This document shows, one piece after another, positions 52,011-64,000 of a stretch of 64,000 bases of DNA. The position numbers and the translations under genes were made by a program. The notes under the pieces are model-generated. The model was not told where the DNA came from, searched no databases, and saw nothing but the letters and a program-made list of their open reading frames with translations. Source of the stretch: Syncephalis fuscata S228 (lineage: Eukaryota; Fungi; Zoopagomycota); NCBI GenBank assembly GCA_025786725.1, contig JAHLTZ010000011.1:186001-250000 (forward strand). Direction: 5' to 3'. Position 1 is the first letter of the stretch; each line of letters starts with the position of its first letter.

Positions 52011-55000
52011 ATGGAGTTTTTCAATTCATTTACACCACCACGAAGAAAACGTAGCCAGGCCTCGCAATTACCGATTACTAATCCCGCGGTTACGGCGACT
52101 GGCATACCTCCTTCTATGTATCAAAATTCACAGTCTTCATCGCAGAATAGCGATAGCCATGCATCAGGGAGCGGTGGCTCTAATACTGCATCCTCACATC
52201 AAGGGCCATCGTTATTGCACCGTGCATCTACCGGATTTCTCTCTCAATTGGCCAATTCTTTTACTAACAACAACAGTGGCCATAGTGGCCATATGTCACA
52301 TATGAACCATGGTGGCATTAGTCAGTCATCGTCCAATGGTTCTGGTGATCGTTCATCATATCAACGTGATATGCCCGATGCATACAATCTAGCGCATAAT
52401 AGCACTAATAGTAGCAATAGTAACTATTATGGTCAAAACAGTAATTCTCGTGGTGTATCATCGTATAGCAATGATACAGATGGTCAGAATAATTCACATT
52501 TACACCAACAACAATCACCGCCATTGCCACCACTTTCTTCACTGTCATCAGAATCAATGTCTGGATCACCGCGTGGAGGCCATAATAACAATACTATACA
52601 TTCAAACGATATTGATAATTTACATAATGGAATGTCAAGAACACAAGGATCTCCACCTGGTTCAGTAGCGGCTTCACTACGTATTCGACCCACTTCATCA
52701 CATCATTCGCTTAACTCGGTCTATTCGGCTCATTCCTATCTTTCGTCGAATCCTGAATCAGCCAGTATTGTAAGCGAATCAGGATCAACAAGTTGTACGG
52801 CTATTTCACCAACATCGCCACAGCCTACATTAACGATTGGTTCGCCTAATATGCCATCTTCATCAATTTCTACCCTATCAATACAGCATGGCAGTACAAG
52901 TCGGGGCAGTCTAATGGCATCGCCTCCTTCGTCACCCACTGCGGTTGAAACACTGCTACATTCAAACTCGGCACACCTTCCCGCTATGAGTTCGTCTTCT
53001 TCATTTAGCAGCAATAGTGTCAATCAACGCCGCCCTTCGAATACCATGCTGGCCATGCCGTCGGGTGCCAGTGGCACAAACATATCACTGGCTAACAGTA
53101 CACGAAGCGGCGAAACATCTGGCGCTGTATCAGATAAAGTTCTTTTAAAGAAAGTAAAAGTATTTTTAGATGACCGACAAAAATTAAAGGCGCGTTTTCA
53201 GTCACTTAGTAATTTTATTGGTAAGTTAATATTATTATTATTAATAACAAATGATTTGTTACATAGTTATTAATTGTCGAGTATTTAATGGCAATTAATA
53301 GACGCAGCCAATAGTCTAGATCAAGCAATTTTCTTTCAAGAACATGCAGAAAGCGTATTTAATGTAGTTGTTGGCACTTGTGAAGGCCATATTCAAAAGA
53401 TAAAACGTAGGTTGTTATTAAATGTAGCTGTATTGCAATAGTAAATTAATATAAACTATCAGAACGTAATGTAAAGCCTACTAGCTTTGCTTCAAAAGAT
53501 ATTCAAGTGTTACTACGAGCACTTACCGTATTTAGACGTATATTATTGTATCTACCAGATCGATTACGCACTGGCTGGCGTAGTGATGATATTGGTCGAT
53601 TACTTGCACCACTACTTGATCACGGCAATCATATGCGTATTCGTATGATTGGTCTACGTTTACTACTGCTCTGGATGCGATCAGCACCCGATTGTGAAAC
53701 ATCGGCTGCCAATGATATCCGCTGCCTGTTTGCCTATGCTATACCATTGGGCGTATTTCTACGTGAAACGATAGGCCTACAATATGTACCAACACGCTTT
53801 ACATCCCGTCTAGGCTCAATTAGACTGCCACCTGCTTTACCAGATGAAGTGTCCGATGTTGAATTATTACTGCCATCTTCACAGAAACCAACTGGTTCAG
53901 ATGCTTTATTATTATTTGGTGCAATATTCGATGAAATGGTTGTTCTTTCCCATTTATCGACCAATAATGCGGCGCCTGACGCTGAAGATGACGATTTGGC
54001 TCATTTGTCGGGCGGTGAGGCTACACTATTCTGCGCAGGCATTGGTTCGGCTCAACATGCTCTACGATACATTGCCCAGCAATTGGCCGAAGCTTATTTG
54101 GTCAAACTATTGCCAGGTGCAGTGTTTCATGAAGTAGAACATCGATTGCCAGGTAAATACTTAATCAAATATTATATAAAGTAATATACTAATGAATACT
54201 ATAATAGAAATTGGATTTATTCGCTGTCCGCCATCTTTTCTTCGGCTATTTATTGGCTTTTTACTGGATGGCACACTACCACCCAATTTTGGATCAGCCA
54301 GTCGTCGTGAACAGGCACCTGATTCGAGCGTCACTTTAATGATGCATAAAGTGACGTCAAATCTACGCCAATTCCGTGTATTTAAGGTTGAATGTGTTGA
54401 ACAGGCATTAACACTAAGACCGGCTGCAGCCTATCAAGATCTGTTTCGAAGTGCATTGTATATCGATACACATTGGATGACCAGAAGTGTAAGTGGTATT
54501 ATGCTAATTAATACAAGCTATATTAAACTTATAAATATTAATAGGAAGATGATTGGCCACTTGATTTACGTGCTATTAAAGCTGAAGGAGGCGTTGCTTC
54601 GCTGGCTGAGGAATTCAAATTAAGTAAGCAAGATCAAAAATCACCGGCGGCAATTTATTTCATGTGGAATCAGCAATTTTGTATTTATATCGATTCGTTA
54701 TTGCTACCACTTGAAACAATTCCCGATGATGAAGATGATGCACGAATTCCATTACGGCTTCATCGACTTGTACTTTCATTAGTACGTGTTGTTTTGGCGG
54801 CCAATAATGAACGGCTATTACCATCAACGTGGAACCATACACTACGTGCTTTATTGGCAATGCAAAGCTTAGTTATGGCGGGTAAACCACGCTATAGTTC
54901 AAAAACCATCGATTCACTTATTGGTATGCTGGTAAAGACAATTTACGTTACATGGGCCCGCGCCAATACAAATGATTATGAAATATGGGAGCAGTTGTGT

Positions 55001-58000
55001 GCAGCAATGCAAAAACATATTCTATGGCCACAAGTAGTCCGACAATGGGGCGTAAGTAATTATATATAACTATATTAATTGGTACTGATTATTCTATTTA
55101 TAGAAAATGGTTCTTAAAATGACCCGAGTCATTATTAAAGAAGTTTATGGTATTGATACGAAAAAATTGGGTCAAGATGTAATGCTACCTAAACTTTTAC
55201 GTAAAAAGAAAAATGCTTTACAGCGCCGTGTTTCTTTGGTATCTGGATCTATTCCAAAGGACCTTAAAGGCCAATTTCCTTCTTCTGTATCTGGATCATC
55301 TGCGGCTGCAACGGCTAGAGGTGTTCGTAAACATCATTCAGCCAGTCCAATGACTATTATTAGTGGTAATCGACATGATGATAGTATTGGCAATTCAATC
55401 ACTGGTGCATCTAATTCCAATAATACTTTGGGTATGAGTGATGAAGAGACGCCACGTATTGAGCGGAAGCGATCACAGACTCATAATGCGGTAAGCTGCT
55501 TAACAATATCTATTTTATGTCTGTATACTTATGTATACTCCACTGTAGTTGGATCGATTGGTCAATGTAACACGTAGTAATTCAGAGACACCAACTACAC
55601 AACATCCAAAGTTCCATTATGAACGTTTACAAGCTGCGTAAGTATAACAACCAACCATTTATTTACACACTATACTTTTATTAATGCCATCTACATAGAT
55701 TGGAAGTGACGTTTGCTGACTTTAAAACAGAAGGCTTTACTGAGTTGTCAAGTGTTAAATGGACACCGGACTATGCACTTCGATCATGGAAGAATATCCT
55801 TTGTTCACTTGGCAATCCAAATACGATTGAGGTAATTATCTATTTTATATATATGTATATATGTACATATGATATACGGATATTATAAACTAATATTTAA
55901 ACAAACAATATCGATTAATTAATAGAATCCAGGATTTCATTTAGAAGCCATTGATTGTCTAGTTGATACATGGTCAATGTTGGCAGCTGTAAGTTAAATG
56001 CCAATAATAGAAATAGTAATAATAATGTATGATATGATTTAGGTACAACGACGACAATCCATTGGTGGTGGCAGTCAGCCAGCATTGATTGAATTTATGC
56101 CATGGCTATTTCAAGCTGCTGATATGCCAGTGTAAGTCATTAATATAAACATAAAAAATTGAATATTTATAAATACTACTATAGAGCCTATGCTGCAAGT
56201 AGAGCTGCTGCTTATGGATGCATTTGTCGTATGATGGGTACGAAATTGGATGAGCCTATTCCACGAGAATTATGTGTTCATTTCTATCGCCTTATTCTTA
56301 AAGTAAGCATAATGTTAAAATATTATTATTATTAGTATAGATTATTTATTTGTATTATAGGGCGTGGCCATTAAAGATGACCGTATTCGTACGTCTATTA
56401 TGTGGCGTAGTGCCAATCTATTCCGTAATTGCTTACCTGGATCGACTGTTTTACTTCCTTCATATCTTATGTGTTTCCGTACTATGGTAAATATCAATAT
56501 ACTAATTAATTCATATTAATATTAATACTTATATTTATATTTATATTAAATAGCTACTAGAAGATGGTAAAACAAAAATGCGTCAAATTCCTAAAGAGAT
56601 TCGTATTGCAACGGCCAAAACATTATGTTCAATGATTTGTTTGCCAAATCGTTTCTTAAGTCTTAAAGTGCCAATTGTTACCTATAATCAATTGTTGAAA
56701 CGACTACAGGCAGATTACAAAGAGAATCCTATTGAACCTATTAGTTGTCCATCAGTAAGTATAATTAAGTAATTATTAACAATATGATTGTTAATTACTA
56801 TTGCAACAATAATCAGATTAGAGCCCATTTCATTACACTATTATCGGATCTATTGACTGCTGCTTCTAGCCAACCATTGCCTCAATATGACGGTGAATTA
56901 CATTCAATTCTTGTTTACACCATGTTGGTTATACTTTTGGATGACTTGGCAGCTGAAACACCGTAAGTTATTAAAAGTAAAAATATAGCAATAGTGATAG
57001 TAATATAACTATGATATTAGTAATACAAATATGATACGGCGCTGCCTTGCTACTTTGCTAAGTCATTTGTATTTAAAGTCGACGGAACCAGCTATTGCCG
57101 CCATTACCGGTCTATCAGTATTCCTACACGATCCGGGCCGATTGGCTGCACTAGGTGATGTAAGTTGTTTATGCTTGTTACTACCAATACTTTATTAATT
57201 CAATATTTAATGAATAATGTAGAAATTGATCATTCAAGTGATTACCGATATTGTTGGTGCTCTTGGTGAACAATTAAAAAATAGGCCACGTGAAAAGACT
57301 CGTGCTCAATGCAAGTGACAAATAAACATATAAATAATAGCAATAATACTAATTAACACTAATTAAATTAAATTATTTAGGCGATCTAATGGCTATGATG
57401 CTAGACTGTTTAGTGGAATGGATCATGATTGATTCAGTATCAGATCATGTGTTACGTCATCTGTCACCAGTTATTTTTGATACGATTAAACTTGCTATGC
57501 AAGAAGTATCATCGGTAAGTTGATTTATTTACAATTATTAATATTAATAACACGATTAGAATCAAACCGTATTTACAAACAATGTACAAACACCATCGGC
57601 TATCGATTCATCGGGACAATTTAACGATCTTAATAAGCCAATACGTCGTTCATCTATCCAGCTACTAAAAGGTCGTCGGTCTCATAGTGGAGGTGCTGGA
57701 TCAGTTGGATCAAATGATCAATTTGAAACAGAAATTGTTCATAGTCCATCGCAACTGGCCATGTCAGCATCAACAAATGCCACATCTAGCAATGCGGTAA
57801 CAGCTGTTAATATTACCGCGCCTTCAGTATCAACAACAAGCAATAGTAATCATCATAGTCATAATTTACCTAACAGTAATTTGGCACATAATAGCACTGC
57901 TATATCGCCACCTTCATCGGCAAATAATTCTCCCGCTTCAGTATCAATACCCGCTCACGATGGATGGAGTATTGTACAGGCAAGTGCATTTCGCGCTATA

Positions 58001-60326
58001 AATACTACTGTTTAACAAAGATCGGCAATTAGGAATCGGCTGAATCTGCTCTACTACATTTATTGCACCACTTTAATGGATTTCCTCCTCGACATGGTGC
58101 AGATATGGTGCATAGGTAATGTTTACATGCAGCAATATATTATTGCTCTATACTAACATTTATTGAATAGTTTGTTAAAAGAAAGCGTAAACCATGAAAG
58201 TAGTGAAGAATCCTATGAAATAGTCTATTATTGATGTATAATGGCAATACAATTGTATCATTTTGTATGGATCCATCAAATCCACATGGTAATTAGAATA
58301 GGATAAATGTATAACTATCATATTAACGAATGGTTGTTTAGTGATACGTGTCATTTTACGTAATCCAACTGGCAAATACGTGTGGGATATGCAAACGATA
58401 GAACCAACGAGCGTTAATGAATTTAGAATGAATACAACGGATGTTTCATCCGAAGCATCCAATTCATCTACTTCACTTTCTTCAACAGTAGTGACTAGCT
58501 CTACTGCTACTCCTACTACGGCTACTAATACGGCTACTAATACTCCGCTAGATTCAATGATTCTTGATAAAAAATATTTGTTGAATTCTTCCACCGATCC
58601 ATCTTCAACGACTGAATCTACTAATTCTTCGTAAGTTTTATCTAATAGTAATAGTAATAGTCTATAACTAAAAATTGTATAAACAAACATGATAGCATTC
58701 CATCTGATCCACTAGCTGGCTTATTAGATCGGTAAGTGTTATTAATAATATTATATATAATCTAATCATTTCATTAGACTTGAACTGTCGCATAGCGAAC
58801 GTTTAGTAAACAATCCATCTTCAGATAGCAGTGATCTGTCCAAACAACAACGAAAACGTCAATCGACCATTCAAACCAATTGTCATATCAATGCAATGAC
58901 TTAACCAATCCTACAGAAGTGTCCATCTCTTCAACTAATACATTGGTTAATCCAATAGCTGAACAGACACAGACTATCAATCTAAATCCCTCATTACCAC
59001 CCCGTCCTCCATTGGATACTAGGTATGTCTTTTAATAACATCGCTTTTGCTCATAAAAATAGTGCTAACAATAATAACAATAATAATAGAGGATCAATGA
59101 ATACAGTAAATACAATTCATGCTGGGCAGAATAACCAAGCTCTTGGACATGATGATCTACTCGAGCGAGTTATGGTTGATAATATGCAATGCCGCGTTCT
59201 TATGAATCATCTTGGTTTACTTGATGAAGAAGCCGTTGAGAATGATAAGATTTGTCAATTAAAGATTACAACTGCTTTAATGCGCGATGTTAAAGAATTG
59301 GATCGTAAATATGGGTAAGTTTTATTTAATCAGTTGATTGATAGATGACTAATACGGCCATTATTAGACGCGAGGTTATTAAGATTGGTCTATTGTATGT
59401 GGCACCTGGACAAGACACGGAACGTGCCATTCTTGGTAATCATTCAGCCAGTACAATGTATGATCAATTTGTATCAACATTGGATGGGAGATTGATCTAA
59501 GAAACCATGGTGGTTATCGTGGCCGACTTGACTATGAAGAAAACTATCATACAGCAATTTACTATGCAAATTCAACAATAGAAATGCTATTCCATGATGC
59601 TACACGTCTACCCACAAGTGCCAATGATCCACAGCAGGTGAAAAAGGTAAGTAACGACAATAAAATGTTAATACAGAATACTAATTAACAATGAAATTAG
59701 AAACGACACATTGGTAACGACCACGTCCATATTGTATGGAATGAACATCGGCGTGATTACCGACCAGATACCATTGGTGGGGACTTTGGTAATATACAAA
59801 TTGTAGTGACGCCAGTGCCAAATGGTCTATTTGCCATTGACATTTTCCGTGATCAACGGGTAATATTTAATAGATACATTAATTAAAAAAAATAATATGA
59901 CTGATATTTATATTTATATTTATTAGTTGGACTTGCCCGGTCCTTTGGTGGATGGTATGATGGTGCCATGGTCTATTTAGGTCCATTGGTACGAGTAACG
60001 GCCATTCATGCTTTTAGACTGTGTGTCAATCGGCTACAAGCCCGTAATCCTAAACCGTATCCTTTATTAGCAGCTGTTATTACTAACCACTACTATTATC
60101 AATTGATGTTATATATATTTAATTGATGTTACTACGATTAACTAAATAGATCGGTACAACGATTAAAGGACTTGAAGATAATTTTTGATCGTCATAGGGA
60201 ATCACAAGCGTAAGTAAATGCCATTATGACACGTTATTAAATACTAATAGTATTTATTCAACTAATAGATCGTATGTGGATTTCTTGTCAAGGTTGTTAT
60301 CGACTGTGGATAGACAAGCACACTAA
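52011..60326 (+). CDS. RALGAPA: Ral GTPase-activating protein alpha (catalytic) subunit-like, with C-terminal Rap-GAP domain; ~25 introns
   Basis: KVFLDDRQKLKARFQSL; ILLYLPDRLRTGW..LLDHGNHMRIRMIGLRLLLLW; WKNILCSLGNPN; REVIKIGLLYVAPGQ; FHDATRLP; KKRHIGNDHVHIVWNEHRRDYRPDTIGGDFGN (Asn thumb intact). ~370-aa S/N-rich N-terminal extension. Confidence 0.9.
60057..60149 (+). other. Candidate U12-type (minor spliceosome) GT-AG intron
   Basis: 5' end GTATCCTTT; TTAAC shortly before the TAG acceptor; removal keeps the frame (NPKP|SVQRLKDLKIIFDRH). Confidence 0.65.
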
Positions 60327-62185
60327 CAAACAATTATCGTATAATTATAATAAATGATTGATTTTGTAAAAGAAATATCATGTAAATTAAATAGATGTAT
60401 AAACAGTGCCACAATAAAATTTAATAGTTATTTGCAAGGCGATGTAAATGTTTCAGCTTTGTTTCAATATCTGGTAGTACAATTATGAAAAGGCACTGCC
60501 TTAAATCGCTGTTTATAGCTATTATTTCAATTGAAGTATTATTACATATTAACGAGCCTTATTGTAGGTCAAGACTAGTGTAATATTAGTAATATGCTTA
60601 TTATTTTCAATACATTAATATTAAATAATTCATTAATGATTTAGAATAGCTTGAAGATCAAATGACTAAATTTGACAACATTCAATTTATTGAATATGAT
60701 GGTGGATGATGAGTGATATCAAAGCTTAAATACTTATCATTATAGATTCATTGTTCAATATGCATATATCCTCTATATATTTATATCGTTACCAATGTAT
60801 ATCTATAAAAGTATATATCATTATGTTGTTATAGTTTCAATTACATATAGTTTGCTAAATGAATGAGGTAAAATGAGTTGAGATTTGATAATAATAAAAC
60901 TAGAACAACAATAAAAACAGTTTTGAATAGAGGAGGATTAAGAGAGCATAGGTTGATATATAAAATGATAAATGTACAGTAAGAAACATATAAAACAATG
61001 TTAAAGTTACCGTGTGTATAATGCATTGAGGGAAATGAGTAAAGTATATTGGAACATATAAACAATAGAATGTATCTAGTATATTGTAGAATGATACGTA
61101 ATAGCACGGAATAGAATGGGAATGGTATAGATGAACGAGGATATATTAAATAATGAGTCTACAATAATGATATTTAAGCTTTGTTATCATTTACCATCCA
61201 TTATCATGTTCACTAGAACGATTGTTTAGTTTAAATGTGTAATAGTCGATATAATCATTTGATCTCCAAACTATTCTAAATAATTGATAAACTGTTTAAT
61301 ATTGTAAAAGAATGTTATTTTTATTTAATTAATAAATGAGATGATAGATGCAATATGATAACACAAATCATAACCGAATGGCATTGTACATGTAAAGAAT
61401 ATGAATAAATTGAAATACCCATTAGAGAGTGTTCAAATGGTGGAATGAAAAAAGAATAAAAACCAGCATATAAAAGCAAGCATAATCATAAAGCATGTCA
61501 TCAGTAAATTGTTGAGTATAATAAGAAGAGTAGATAACAAACAGTAAAAATAAGTATGTTTATAGTAGTGTCGTCAATAAATCACTGGCAGCATTACCAA
61601 AACGAGTAATCTGAATAGATTACTACTTAAGAGTTGTCGTTACATAGTGCTTCAGTTAACATATGTAAAATGTGACACACCAATACATTACAAAAGTAAA
61701 TATCCTACTAGCTAAATAAATAAACAAACAAAATGTATCCATTTTAACAAGTCTGAATTCATCACAATTGTGTGTACAAATCTGACTACAAAACAATATA
61801 CAATTTATTTTACATTCAAAATAAAATAACTCATTACTTCAAACAACATCATAGACCGTCCAACTGCTGATCTCTTGATACGATGTTTTAGTTTCCAGCA
61901 ATATGGAACTTGTATTCTTGGATAGTGTTATGATATTATAGCCCCTTTTAAATTCCCATGCAAAAAAGGGCCTTAATGTTTCATTACTAGCCAACCACTC
62001 TAGCATTGTTTCAAAAATGAAGCATTACTTCTAGTGATTAGAAATGGACATTAGGCCTATATGTGCCATATCTGAGTATATATATATATATTAAAAAATA
62101 AGCCATGCGCGTAACAAAAATGAATAAACCATTACACGTTTCCTTTTCACGTATTTTCTTTACCTACCTTGCAATCATTTAGAAA

Positions 62186-64000
62186 ATGATTAAATCGACC
62201 ATCCACACAGTTCTATTATTACTTTATGTTGCTGGCAACATAACAATAATAGCCGAAGCTACGCCTCAATCCAATACCCCATCACCTGGAGCTTTACCAG
62301 AACGACGTATTTACAACGCACCAGAAGATGATAGTCTACCGATTTTCAAACTACGCCAATGGACACAGGATGTAAAAGATAAATCCTGGTGCATGACGGC
62401 AAGGACACGCGTTAATACGAATGACCAACAATCAGTGTGCAAGAAGAAGAGTGCAATTTAACGGCACCGCGACAATATTTGCAGTTTTGGAAATTGACTG
62501 CTAATTCATCACGTTACAAATTTAGATTCCGTGAATCCAATCTTTGTTTAACCGCAGCTGGTAATTTACGTACAGCAGCGACGGGAACAACAGCTGCTGC
62601 CACGAATCAGGCAAGAAAACAACAAACCAAAAACCAAAAACAGAGACGTGCTTTGGTGGGTGATTTGTTAGAAGGTGTTTTAAAGGCTCCGACAGGCTTT
62701 GATGCTGTTCTTGCCCACGGTGGACATCCAGAATTACAAAAACGTGATTTAGTGGATGGCTAGTAGAAGGCGTTTTAAAGGCTCCGACAGGCTTTGATGC
62801 TGTTCTTGCCCATGGTGGACATCCAGAAAGACAAATATCTGAATCCAGATTGGTTAGACGACAAAGCACATCTGCCGCTGCTCCAAATAAAGTTCCCCAC
62901 AAACTACTAATTCTAATGGTACAGTGCTGCAGTCAGTAAAGAATCAACGCCTAAACCTACTACTTCAACAGTTGCAGCTGGCAAAAATCCTAAATCCACT
63001 GCTCCAACTACACACTACGCCATCTACGATCCACTACTTCAACAGTTGCAACTGATAAAATCCTAAATCCACTGCTCCAACTAACAGCACTACGTCATCT
63101 ACAATTCCACTACTACTCCATTGCCTTCAGCAAGCGCCACGAGCGGTACTATTGCATTAAGTAGTTGTGTCGACAGTGATACACAGGTATTCCAGTCAAG
63201 ACTTGTTGAAAAGTCTGGACGTAAAAACAAATACTATCAGATTATGTCATCGTCGCTTCAGTTGTGTGTTGCCAGTAGCAGCACTAATGAAGCAGCAATC
63301 ACCTGGTACCGTGCAAAGAAAATGATGATGCACAGCTATGGCTTCTTGAAAATAATGAACTTACCATTAAAGAGATCGACACTACACATACAATTCTTGA
63401 ATATGCCGCAGCCTTCCAATTGAAAGGTTTTGAAGATAAACTTGGATTCCGTCGTGATGGCATTGTTGATGATTTGACGGTTCAAGAAATAGAAGCCATC
63501 GAAACGGCATCTCCTGGTGCCATAGCCGTATTTGAAATGGCCCTTGAACTGGCAGCGGCCATTAAGGCTTATGTTCAGACCATATTTGCCTACCAGCAAT
63601 CGGGTACACCAATTATTTCAAAGCTGATTAACAAGTTCCTTACACCCGATGATTATCCATCAGCCTGGGATAAGATATGGGGAATTGCAACTATGGTGTT
63701 GGGCTATATTCAATTACCAGGTGCAGCGGATGTTGTTAAGTTCGCGCTCATGGATGGTGTCAGCCATGTTACACGAGAAATAAACAAAGATCGTGAAGCA
63801 AAGCCGCCCCCACCGACCGAGTTAATTGCTTGGGATAAATTTGCTCTTGTGCAATGCGATTATACAGCGGATATGCTCTACGCCGGCTTCCGTGAGATAT
63901 TCCAGAAACAGCAAATTGGTCAGCTACGTACAATGCTTGAAGAGTTCCGTGCTGGCAAATACTTTATTAAGAATGATGAGTTCTACCACCAGTATCAAGT
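62186..64000 (+). CDS. Secreted protein with ricin-B (beta-trefoil) lectin-like repeats, dibasic-site-flanked internal repeats, Thr-rich linker and helical C-terminal region; runs off the window; several indels
   Basis: Signal peptide (..ITIIAEA|TPQ); SWCMTA...C...QYLQFW, NLCLTA, ALSSC...QVF, QLCVAS...PC....AQLW (QxW-type); open frame from ~63305 to the window end. Confidence 0.7.
62669..62828 (+). repeat. Coding direct repeat, 65-bp near-identical core x2 (EGVLKAPTGFDAVLAHGGHPE)
   Basis: 62669..62733 and 62764..62828 differ at only two synonymous positions. Confidence 0.95.

Noticed and set aside
52011-60326. Tuberin (TSC2)
   Set aside because: The N-terminal LLDHGNHMRIR..LLLLW and GAP motifs (GNDHVHIVWNEH, GGDFGN) fit RalGAP-alpha better; phylogeny is needed for certainty.

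Overview
Eukaryotic (fungal) genomic DNA. It is AT-rich, with many short (~50-100 nt) spliceosomal introns carrying CTAAY/CTAAT branch points. Gene content (RalGAP alpha and beta, class C-like 7TM receptor, GH46 chitosanase, secreted tyrosinase, secreted kinase-like protein) suggests an early-diverging fungus, most plausibly a zoopagomycotan mycoparasite such as Syncephalis; this assignment is inference. About 20 protein-coding genes are supportable: RalGAP-beta (truncated at the left edge), GPI-anchored Cys-rich protein, secreted pseudokinase-like protein, HEM4, a 56-aa secreted peptide precursor missed by the ORF track, myristoylated EF-hand sensor, Dad1-like protein, 7TM receptor, HNT1, RBM25/Snu71, rhodanese, DDX21-like helicase, GH46 chitosanase, CDC25 GEF, a hypothetical protein, F-box protein, tyrosinase, AdoMetDC, RalGAP-alpha, and a ricin-B lectin-like secreted protein (truncated at the right edge). 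Many conserved genes carry single-base indels, most likely assembly errors. Best leads: (1) a prepro-peptide ending in GWKPCWPRPWC, resembling cone-snail contryphans, inside a direct-repeat-flanked and partly duplicated island; (2) a GTATCCTTT (U12-type) intron in RalGAP-alpha; (3) both RalGAP subunits plus a REM-less GEF within 60 kb; (4) a lectin/Kex2-repeat/putative toxin protein; (5) a ~975-bp foldback. All calls were made by eye, without database searches.
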